A stretch of DNA of 64,000 bases, taken from assembly GCA_913047795.1 (NCBI GenBank), contig CAJWTS010000001.1, forward strand, positions 22,866-86,865, given 5' to 3'. The first letter of the stretch is position 1. Each line of letters opens with the position of its first letter. The position numbers were made by a program, and so were the translations under genes. Positions 56,531-64,000 of this stretch are shown here, piece by piece. Below the pieces are notes generated by a model. It made no database searches. It was given only the letters and a program-made list of their open reading frames with translations, and was not told where the DNA came from. Source of the stretch: an uncultured Verrucomicrobiota bacterium. GTDB lineage: Bacteria; Verrucomicrobiota; Kiritimatiellia; CAJWTS01.

Positions 56531-58138
56531 TTAAGCGTCCAGGGGCGCGTCCTCGTTTTTGTCGAGGCAGCGCAGTTCGCCTGAGGGGGACTCCTCGTAG
56601 CGCCAGCCGCTCTCGACGCAGGTCATCGTGCCGTCCGCATCGGGAACCAGTCGATGTCCGTGCCGGCTGACCCAGCCGATTTGCTTCGCCGGAACGCCGA
56701 CCATGAACCCGTAATCGGGCACATCATCACGCACGACGGCACCGGCTCCGATCATTGCGAATCGTCCGATCGTGATGCCGCAGATGATGGTGCAGTTTGC
56801 GCCTAACGTCGCGCCGCGCCGCACGAGTGTGGGGCGCACTTCATCCATGCGCGGAATCTCGCTGCGCGGATTGTAGACGTTGGTGAAGACCATCGAGGGT
56901 CCGCAAAAGACGTGGTCCTCCAGCGTGACGCCCTTGTAGACGGATACGTTGTTCTGGATCTTGACGCCCTTGCCGATTGCGACGTCCGGGCCGATCACGC
57001 AGTTCTGCCCGATCTTACAATGTGTGCCCAGTGTTGAGCCACGCAGGACGTGCGTGAAATGCCAAATCGTGGTGTCCGCCCCGATCTCGGCACCGTCGTC
57101 GATCACGGCCGTTGCATGCGTCGTGTAGTCAGTCGCAAGATCCGCCGCGATGCCCCGCTCGCGTTCGGCACGCAGTGACCGTTCGCTTTGATCGAGGACG
57201 CGCAGCACGCGCAGGCCCTCCTCGCCGTCCGTCCGCGGCTTGGCGCGTGTTCGGATACAGTCGAGGAAGTGGCGGCATTCGGCATTCAGGGGTTCCTCCA
57301 TTTCGAACGGGATGGGAATGGCATCGGCCTTGTTGGCGACCGGCATACGGTTCTGCCACTCCACGGCGTGCGGGTAGCGCAGCAGCTTGTCCGAGTCGGC
57401 GACATCATTGAAGGAAATCATCTGTTTATCGCCCACGATAACCAGGCGCTGCTCCTTGTGCGGATGCAGCCAGGAGACGAAGATGTGGGCCCGCACACCG
57501 TTAGCGAAGGACAACAGGCTCACGGTCGAGTCCGCGATCTTGTCGTCCAGGTAATACCCGCCCTGGGAGCGCACGGATTCCGGCATCTCGCCGAGCAGTC
57601 CGAGGATGACGGAGATATCGTGCGGCGCAAACGACCACAGGATGTTCTCCTCGTGGCGAATTTTCCCGAAGTTCAGCCGATTGGAATAGATGTATTGCAC
57701 CCGCCCGAGCTCGCCGCTGTCGACGAATTCCTTCAGCTTGAGCACAGCGGGGTGATACCAGAGGATGTGGCCGACCATCAGGATTCGATCGGTCTGCGCC
57801 GCAAGGTCAACCAGTTGCTGCCCCCGCGCGACGGAGAGACAAAGCGGCTTTTCGACAAACACGTCCTTGCCCGCTTCAAGCGCGCGCTCGACGACGTCGG
57901 CGTGCGTTTCGGTGGGCGTGGCGATCACCACGCCCGCGACGTCCGGGTCGGCGAATACGGCATCCGGATCCGTCGTGGTGGTTACGCCCGCCAGGCCCTG
58001 CGTGACCTCTTTCAGCGTATCGGGATTCGCATCGCAGACGGATCGCAGGGCGGCCAGTTCGTGGAAGTTGCGGACGTGGTTGCGCCCCCAATATCCCGCG
58101 CCGATAACACTGATGCTGGGAGTCTGTTCGGGGGACAT
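56531..58138 (-). CDS. Bifunctional protein: Gfo/Idh/MocA NAD-binding oxidoreductase (N-terminal) fused to a left-handed beta-helix hexapeptide acyltransferase (C-terminal)
   Basis: N-terminus [17 protein letters not shown]...EKPL (Gfo/Idh/MocA). The C-terminal ~190 aa carry repeated [LIV]G-x-x-x-x hexapeptides ([13 protein letters not shown]...[25 protein letters not shown]...[13 protein letters not shown]). Confidence 0.8.
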   Translation of the reverse strand: MSPEQTPSISVIGAGYWGRNHVRNFHELAALRSVCDANPDTLKEVTQGLAGVTTTTDPDAVFADPDVAGVVIATPTETHADVVERALEAGKDVFVEKPLCLSVARGQQLVDLAAQTDRILMVGHILWYHPAVLKLKEFVDSGELGRVQYIYSNRLNFGKIRHEENILWSFAPHDISVILGLLGEMPESVRSQGGYYLDDKIADSTVSLLSFANGVRAHIFVSWLHPHKEQRLVIVGDKQMISFNDVADSDKLLRYPHAVEWQNRMPVANKADAIPIPFEMEEPLNAECRHFLDCIRTRAKPRTDGEEGLRVLRVLDQSERSLRAERERGIAADLATDYTTHATAVIDDGAEIGADTTIWHFTHVLRGSTLGTHCKIGQNCVIGPDVAIGKGVKIQNNVSVYKGVTLEDHVFCGPSMVFTNVYNPRSEIPRMDEVRPTLVRRGATLGANCTIICGITIGRFAMIGAGAVVRDDVPDYGFMVGVPAKQIGWVSRHGHRLVPDADGTMTCVESGWRYEESPSGELRCLDKNEDAPLDA

Positions 58139-58281
58139 GTTCGGCCGCTCAAGCTGCGTTAATAAAAACCATCTGAACAGAGCCGGAAGTTGATGTCAAG
58201 CTGCCCTCGGCGGGTCGCGCCGCTTTACCCTTTCGCGAGGGTGATGGTTGATTCATACTGTGATTCAAGATCAGAAAGTCC

Positions 58282-59094
58282 ATGTCCAGCCTATCATTTA
58301 CTTTAACACGCGTGTGGGGCATTCCCATCAAGTTGCACGTCACGTTGATTCTGTTGCTGCCGCTGTTTTCGCATCGTTTTGGACTGACCATCGAGGCCGC
58401 GATTATCTGCGCCGGTGTCATGGCGAGCATCGTGCTGCATGAACTTGGGCATTCGCTGGTCGCGATTCGAAAGGGTTGCCGTGTGCGCGAGATTCTGTTG
58501 ACCCCCATCGGCGGCGTTGCACAGATGGAGCGCATCCCGTCGCGCCCGCGAGACGAGTTCCTCATGGCGATCGCGGGACCCCTCGTCAGCCTGGCGCTCT
58601 TCTTCATGCTCGATTTTGCGGGGGATCACATGCGGCCGACCTTCATTCTTCAGGGCGTGCCGTTTAACGTGCTGACGTTTCTGGGCATGGTCAACCTGGG
58701 TCTCGTGCTCTTCAATATGATTCCCGCCTTTCCGATGGATGGTGGGCGCATCTTCCGGGCGCTGCTCGCGTCGCGCGTGGGTAGATTGAAGGCCACCTTG
58801 GTCGCGTCGCGCCTGGGGCGGGTCTTCGCTGTATTATTCGGAATTCTCGGCCTGTACTGGATGCTGGAGTCCGGCCAGGGGCTTGTTCTTATCTTCATCG
58901 CTTTCTTTATATTCATGGCGGCCGGCAGCGAGTATCGTTCCGTGCGCGCGCAGGAGGAGCTTCAGCAGGCCGTCTATTCCTCGTGGCACCGCGAGCCTCC
59001 GCCGCGCCGCGCCGCTGGAGATGACGACGTCGTTATCAGTCCGCCGCCTTTTCGAGAGGGACCGGACTCGCGGTCCGACATCGAACGTATGTGA
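58282..59094 (+). CDS. Site-2 protease family (M50) zinc metalloprotease
   Basis: HELGH HExxH motif within a TM helix and the LFNMIPAFPMDGG (LDG-like) motif. Multi-pass membrane protein. Confidence 0.75.
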   Translation: MSSLSFTLTRVWGIPIKLHVTLILLLPLFSHRFGLTIEAAIICAGVMASIVLHELGHSLVAIRKGCRVREILLTPIGGVAQMERIPSRPRDEFLMAIAGPLVSLALFFMLDFAGDHMRPTFILQGVPFNVLTFLGMVNLGLVLFNMIPAFPMDGGRIFRALLASRVGRLKATLVASRLGRVFAVLFGILGLYWMLESGQGLVLIFIAFFIFMAAGSEYRSVRAQEELQQAVYSSWHREPPPRRAAGDDDVVISPPPFREGPDSRSDIERM

Positions 59095-59115
59095 CCGGTA
59101 CGGACGCCAGGCGGT

Positions 59116-59853
59116 ATGTCGCAGAATGCTCCAATCGGGACCGACGGGACGGCGATCCAGCCGGAACTTTTTTCGCACGGCCCGAGCCGGACACGGCACG
59201 AACTGGAAGAGCTGTTCAATCGTCGCCGCCGCGTTCGTGTGCGGATCACCCTGACGCGCAATCGCGTATCCATGTTGTCCGTGGAATTCAAGCCCATCGC
59301 TCTTATTCGCGTTCGCATGCACGAGCGGTTTCTTGATGCGCCCGCGGACGTGATTGAGGCACTGGACTTATATCTCCGTAAGCGGGACCGCGCGGCCTGG
59401 CGTGTCGTGGTTCGGCACGCGCAGACGATTGTGCCGGCGGTGCCGGCGGCCCGACGTACACGCCTGCGCAAGAAGGGACGGCATTATGACCTGGGGACCA
59501 TCTACGACGAAGTGAACGGCGAATACTTCAGCGACAGCCTGCGTTGCCGCATCGGCTGGGGCTCGCGGCCGCGGGCGATGGGCCGTGGGGGTCGGCGATC
59601 GATTCGTTACGGCTCCTTCCGCGACGAAGACCAGTCGATTCGCATTCATCCCTCCCTGGATGACGCGTGTGTGCCCCCTGAGTTCATCCGATACATTGTT
59701 TATCACGAGATGCTGCATGCCGTGGTGCCGAGCGAGGAGCGCAACGGCCGCCATCTGCATCATCCGCCCGCTTTTCGGCGGCTCGAGGCGTGCTATCCGG
59801 ATATCGCACGCATGCGACGACTCTGTAAGGAGTTGATACCGGTGTTGGCGTGA
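59116..59853 (+). CDS. SprT-like/DUF45-like putative zinc metallopeptidase
   Basis: C-terminal YIVYHEMLHAVVP (HExxH) in an Arg-rich, otherwise unremarkable protein. Confidence 0.45.
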   Translation: MSQNAPIGTDGTAIQPELFSHGPSRTRHELEELFNRRRRVRVRITLTRNRVSMLSVEFKPIALIRVRMHERFLDAPADVIEALDLYLRKRDRAAWRVVVRHAQTIVPAVPAARRTRLRKKGRHYDLGTIYDEVNGEYFSDSLRCRIGWGSRPRAMGRGGRRSIRYGSFRDEDQSIRIHPSLDDACVPPEFIRYIVYHEMLHAVVPSEERNGRHLHHPPAFRRLEACYPDIARMRRLCKELIPVLA

Positions 59854-60078
59854 GTCGCAGCGCCCCCGCAACATCGTGATTATTGGAAGCGGTTCAGGAT
59901 GCTTGCAGCATCGTGTTGACCGCGCAAGACCTCAGGGCTCGTTGGGTTCCCCCTTTGGTATCCAGGCGTTCTTTCGCAGAAAAGTCTTCGGCAGCCATAT
60001 CCAGACGGCCGCTTCTCGTTTTCCTGTGTGCACACTGGAATAAATGGCAGAACCTTCCGGACACGATCCACGCTCAAT

Positions 60079-61680
60079 TTACTCCGTCGCGCCGCGTCGA
60101 TTCGCGCGATACCAGTCGATCAGCGTGTTGGTCGAGGTGTCGTGGCTTTCGGCCGCAGCGCCCGATTGCAACTCCGGCAGAATCGTCCGCGCGAGCGATT
60201 TGCCAAGTTCGACACCCCATTGGTCGAACGAGTTGATGCCCCACACCGCTCCCTGCACGAAGACCGAGTGCTCGTAGAGCGCGATCAGCGACCCCAATAC
60301 GTGGGGTGACAGTTCCTCGGCAACGATCGTCGTGCTTGGCCGGTTACCATCGAAGGTGCGGTGCGCTGCCAGTTCCGCAGGGATGCCTTCGGCCAGCGCT
60401 TCATCGGTGGTGCGTCCGAACGCCAGCGCTTCGCCCTGGGCCACAACGTTGGCGAAGAGTTTGTCGTGATGTTCGCCCTGCGGGTTCTGTGAGCGCGCGA
60501 ATGCGATGAAGTCGGCAGGGACCAGTCGCGTGCCCTGGTGCAGCAGTTGGTAGAACGAATGCTGGCCATTGGTCCCGGGCTCGCCCCAGACGATGGCGCC
60601 CGTTTCATAGTCAACCGCCTCGCCATCCATGCGCGTCCGTTTGCCGTTGCTCTCCATCTCGAGTTGCTGCAGGTAGGCCGGAAAGCGGGCCAGGTACTGA
60701 TCGTAGGGCAGCACCGCGTGCGTTGTTGCGCCAAGAAAATTTCCGTACCAGATGCGCAGCAGACCGAGTAGCGCCGGTACGTTGCGTTCCAGTTCAGTAT
60801 CCCGAAAATGGCGATCGACGGCGTTGAAGCCCTGCAGCATGGCACCGAAATGATCGGGACCGACGGCCACCATTAACGGCAGGCCAATGGCCGAGCATAA
60901 CGAATAGCGTCCGCCGACCCAGTCCCAGAATTCGAAGACGTTTTCGGGACGGATGCCGAAGGCACCCGTTCGTTCCGGATTCGCGGAGACCGCGGCGAAG
61001 TGATCCGCGACAGCCGCTTCACCGAGTGAATCCGTGATCCACGCGCGAGCGGATGCGGCGTTGGTCAACGTCTCGTCAGTCGTGAACGTCTTTGAAGCCA
61101 CGATGAAGAGCGTGCTCGCGGGCTCCAGATCACGCACCGCTTCGACAAGATCGCTGGCATCCACATTCGACACGAAACGGACGGTGAGGGCACGGTCGCA
61201 GAAAGGACGCAAGGCCTGCGTCGCCATGGCGGGACCGAGATCCGAACCGCCGATACCAATGTTGATGACGTTGCGAATGGGTTCGCCAGTGTGTCCGGAC
61301 CGCGCACCGCTGCGAATAGACTTGGCGAAGGTCGCCATTTGCTGTTGAACCGTTGCGACCGCCGCCGCATCGCCGCAGGGATCGCGCAGGGCGACGTGCA
61401 GGACCGGGCGGTTCTCGGTGGAATTGATCGGTTCACCGGCAAACATAGCCTGGATACGTTCGGGGATCGCCATGGCGCGGGCAAGGGCGGTCAACCGGGA
61501 TAAGGTGTCGGCCGTTACCCGGTTTTTGGAGAAGTCGACGCGCAGGCCGGCGAGATTCAGGCACAAGTGTTCGGCACGCTGCGGGTCGTCGGCGAAAAGC
61601 TCGCGCAGGTGAACGGCCTCCATCGCGCCCGCATGTTCCGCGAGCGATTGCCATTCGGTGGTATCGATCGGGTTGGGCAC
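60079..61680 (-). CDS. pgi: Glucose-6-phosphate isomerase
   Basis: PGI blocks: [17 protein letters not shown], the catalytic region [12 protein letters not shown], and [14 protein letters not shown]. Confidence 0.9.
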   Translation of the reverse strand: MPNPIDTTEWQSLAEHAGAMEAVHLRELFADDPQRAEHLCLNLAGLRVDFSKNRVTADTLSRLTALARAMAIPERIQAMFAGEPINSTENRPVLHVALRDPCGDAAAVATVQQQMATFAKSIRSGARSGHTGEPIRNVINIGIGGSDLGPAMATQALRPFCDRALTVRFVSNVDASDLVEAVRDLEPASTLFIVASKTFTTDETLTNAASARAWITDSLGEAAVADHFAAVSANPERTGAFGIRPENVFEFWDWVGGRYSLCSAIGLPLMVAVGPDHFGAMLQGFNAVDRHFRDTELERNVPALLGLLRIWYGNFLGATTHAVLPYDQYLARFPAYLQQLEMESNGKRTRMDGEAVDYETGAIVWGEPGTNGQHSFYQLLHQGTRLVPADFIAFARSQNPQGEHHDKLFANVVAQGEALAFGRTTDEALAEGIPAELAAHRTFDGNRPSTTIVAEELSPHVLGSLIALYEHSVFVQGAVWGINSFDQWGVELGKSLARTILPELQSGAAAESHDTSTNTLIDWYRANRRGATE

Positions 61681-61697
61681 GGTTCAGCCAGTTGTTC

Positions 61698-62426
61698 TCA
61701 GAATCGGTAGCCGAGGCTGCCGCCCGCGGAGAGTTCTTCGAATACGGTGATCTGAATGCCAAACGTCAGCCGGTCCCGCCAGCCGGTCTCCAGCCCGGCC
61801 GTCCATCCGAACGATTCGTTCTCTTCGAACGCGGTCGTTCCGCCGGAGGTGCCGTCGATCGTCGAGTTAACAAGCCCGCCGTATATGAACGTGTGGTAGC
61901 GCCTGTCGGGACCCAGTGTGCCCCGGTCGATGGCGACCATGTCGTATCCCACGATGAGGTCGACGCGGATATCGTCCCAGGCCAGGGCCAGGCCGGCCCG
62001 GTCGCCTTCGAAATCGCTGTACGAGATGCGTGCGGCAACGCGGAGATTAGCCTCTTCGAATGTCTCGTTTTCGGTCGGCATATCGATCAATGCAAGATGG
62101 AGGCCCAGGCCGAGATACGACTCGTCTGTATCGCCGCCACCGCTGCCGATTTCGCCCTCCACATCCGGCGTGCCGCCGGCGACCATGAGCGTCAGCCATG
62201 ATGTGGCCTCGTAAGCGACGTAACCAAGGGTCAGGTTCACCTCGAGCAGGTCGTCCGCTGTGCCGCCCATCACGATCGCGCGCTCCGTTTGTTCGTGTCC
62301 CAGGCCGATCTGAAAGCCGCCGCCGCCGGGAAGGCCGCCAAAGGACGCGTCCGGTACGGGCGCAGGACCGGCCACAAGGGATATGGGAATGATCGCGATT
62401 GCAAGGCAGGCGGTCTGAAATTTCAT
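61698..62426 (-). CDS. Putative outer-membrane beta-barrel protein
   Basis: Signal peptide (MKFQTACLAIAIIPISLVAG), alternating hydrophobic beta-strand pattern, Gly-rich loops, and a C-terminal aromatic residue (…LGYRF). Confidence 0.5.
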   Translation of the reverse strand: MKFQTACLAIAIIPISLVAGPAPVPDASFGGLPGGGGFQIGLGHEQTERAIVMGGTADDLLEVNLTLGYVAYEATSWLTLMVAGGTPDVEGEIGSGGGDTDESYLGLGLHLALIDMPTENETFEEANLRVAARISYSDFEGDRAGLALAWDDIRVDLIVGYDMVAIDRGTLGPDRRYHTFIYGGLVNSTIDGTSGGTTAFEENESFGWTAGLETGWRDRLTFGIQITVFEELSAGGSLGYRF

Positions 62427-62467
62427 CTATCGTATTGTCCTTCCTAATCGCAAGTCTAGCACAGGTG

Positions 62468-63547
62468 TCAGTCGTTGAGGCTAACAACTTGTCCGGTGCG
62501 ATACGCTTCATCGGCGGCGAGAACGATCCGCAGGCTGTTGATCGCGTCGGCCATGTGCTGCGCTAAATCATGGTCCTCCCGGACCGCGCGAATGAAATAG
62601 GCCTGTTCGCGGTCGCATAGCGCCTGGTGGTCCGGTTCATCCACCGTGTCGATCACCTCATCCGCGTGCGCGTACTCGCCGGACGAGGTGCACGCGCTAC
62701 GGTGGACGCGTAGCGCGTTGGTAACCGTGTGGGAGTTGATATCGGAGGAGCCCCCCACGGCCACGTCTGTCTTGGCGACCATGCTGACACAGCCCCGGGG
62801 TCCGACGACATCCTTCACAAAGAACGCCTCCTGGCTCATCATCGGGCCCCAGCCGGCTTCGTACCAGCCGCAGGAGCCATCATCGAAGGTGACGTGTAGG
62901 TGGCCGTAGTTGTACATGCCCTCGACAAGTTCGTCAGAGAGGCGCGCGCCGATTGCCCCGACACGGATGGGCTTCGCACCGGTCATCTGGCACATCACGT
63001 CCACATAGTGCACGCCGCAGTCGACAATGGGCGACTGGGTCTCCATCAGGCGCTTGTGCGCGGCCCATTCCGCGCCGGTGCTCTGTTGATTCAGGCTCAT
63101 GCGCATGACGAGCGGTTTGCCGAGCGCGCGGGCATGCTCGATGAAGGTGATCCACGACGGATGGTGGCGCAGAATGTAGCCGACCACGAGTTTGCGCGCC
63201 TGCCGCTGTGCGGTGGCGACCACCTGCTTCGCCTGCGCAACCGAAAGCGCCATTGGTTTCTCGACAAACACATGTGCGCCGGCGTCCAGTGACCGAATGG
63301 CATACTCGGCGTGCGTCGCGGTGTGCGTGTTGATCGAGACGGCGTCCGGACGGGTCGCATCGAGTGCCGCGCCAAATTCGTCGAACGTCGGCCTGCCACC
63401 GAGTTCGTTCGACAGCGCGTCGCGGGTATCCGGCGAGCGGCTCACGAGGCCGACGATCTCGACGTCGTGCATGCGCGCGTATGCGCGCGCATGCGAAGCG
63501 CCCATCGTGCCGCACCCGACGACCAGAATTCTCAACTTCGCGCTCAT
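62468..63547 (-). CDS. Gfo/Idh/MocA family oxidoreductase
   Basis: Start at MSAKLRILVVGCGTMGASHARA (Rossmann fold). EKP motif (HVFVEKPMA). Confidence 0.75.
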   Translation of the reverse strand: MSAKLRILVVGCGTMGASHARAYARMHDVEIVGLVSRSPDTRDALSNELGGRPTFDEFGAALDATRPDAVSINTHTATHAEYAIRSLDAGAHVFVEKPMALSVAQAKQVVATAQRQARKLVVGYILRHHPSWITFIEHARALGKPLVMRMSLNQQSTGAEWAAHKRLMETQSPIVDCGVHYVDVMCQMTGAKPIRVGAIGARLSDELVEGMYNYGHLHVTFDDGSCGWYEAGWGPMMSQEAFFVKDVVGPRGCVSMVAKTDVAVGGSSDINSHTVTNALRVHRSACTSSGEYAHADEVIDTVDEPDHQALCDREQAYFIRAVREDHDLAQHMADAINSLRIVLAADEAYRTGQVVSLND

Positions 63548-63666
63548 GCGTGGTGCGAGACCGTGCCTCAAGGGATTAAACTCACCGCGTGCGTAGCGGC
63601 GACAGGGCAGTTTAGAGTCGCAATGCAACACCTATCATGTATGATCCGCAGCTGCCAATATTGAAT

Positions 63667-64000
63667 ATGAAAGTTCTTGTTACAGGCGGTGCCGGCTTTG
63701 TCGGAAGTCACGCGGCGGAGCACTACGCCAACGCGGGAGACGACGTGGTCGTCTATGATAATCTTTCGCGTGCAAAGCTGCTGCAGCAAAACGATACCAA
63801 TGCACGACACAACTGGGAATACCTGTCCGCGCGCAAAGAAATCGCCATGGTTGAAGGCGATGTTCGCGATTACGACTTGCTCAAGCCGTACGTGGCGGAT
63901 GCCGATGTGATCCTGCACACGGCGGGCCAGACCGCCGTGACAACTTCGGTGACGGACCCGGAGCCCGATTTCATGGTCAACGCACTGGGCACGTTCAACG
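63667..64000 (+). CDS. NAD-dependent epimerase/dehydratase (SDR), 3' partial at the window edge
   Basis: MKVLVTGGAGFVGSHAAEHY Rossmann start. The frame is open to the end of the window. Confidence 0.7.
   Translation, partial: MKVLVTGGAGFVGSHAAEHYANAGDDVVVYDNLSRAKLLQQNDTNARHNWEYLSARKEIAMVEGDVRDYDLLKPYVADADVILHTAGQTAVTTSVTDPEPDFMVNALGTFN

Noticed and set aside
57188-58162. 324-aa plus-strand ORF antisense to the oxidoreductase::acetyltransferase fusion
   Set aside because: Shadow ORF. The minus-strand gene has Rossmann and hexapeptide-repeat motifs.

Overview
This is a high-GC (~65%) bacterial chromosomal segment with about 55 protein genes and one tRNA. The gene content points to the PVC superphylum, most likely Planctomycetota. 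The pointers are an adjacent DUF1501/DUF1800 pair, a DUF1559 'H-X9-DG' pseudopilin, a lipoprotein sulfatase-TPR fusion, several xylose-isomerase-like TIM-barrel proteins, a giant secreted metzincin with P-domain, DUF11 and TSP3 repeats, and a beta-helix secreted protein. The housekeeping backbone is eno-ftsB, pgi, gltX, der, rdgB, tRNA-Leu(GAG), uvrD/pcrA-like helicase, yifB/comM, rfbB/rfbD and an S2P protease. The accessory modules worth a second look are listed in order. First, an ExbB-ExbD-ExbD proton-motive module (3636-7187) has no real TonB beside it; its partners are a 131-aa single-TM Pro/Ala-rich protein and a multi-TM DUF4159 protein, with two TPR proteins upstream. Second, a compact operon (50256-55409) pairs L-rhamnose isomerase with a GHMP (galactokinase-like) kinase instead of an FGGY rhamnulokinase, followed by an M42 peptidase and a GlpD-like FAD dehydrogenase. 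Third, a two-gene amino-sugar module (55417-58138) has a DegT aminotransferase and a fused Gfo/Idh/MocA oxidoreductase::hexapeptide acetyltransferase. Fourth, the secreted metzincin is 1300+ residues with a novel C-terminal domain. Fifth, a rare-sugar-like island (20628-25959) has three TIM-barrel isomerases, a class II aldolase, a desaturase and an SDR. Sixth, a 78-aa ORF (28318-28552) is translationally coupled to an FAD oxidoreductase. No CRISPR array, transposase, integrase or rRNA was seen. Antisense shadow ORFs are pervasive in this high-GC sequence and were rejected. All calls rest on motif recognition by eye; none of the database searches that would confirm them was run.
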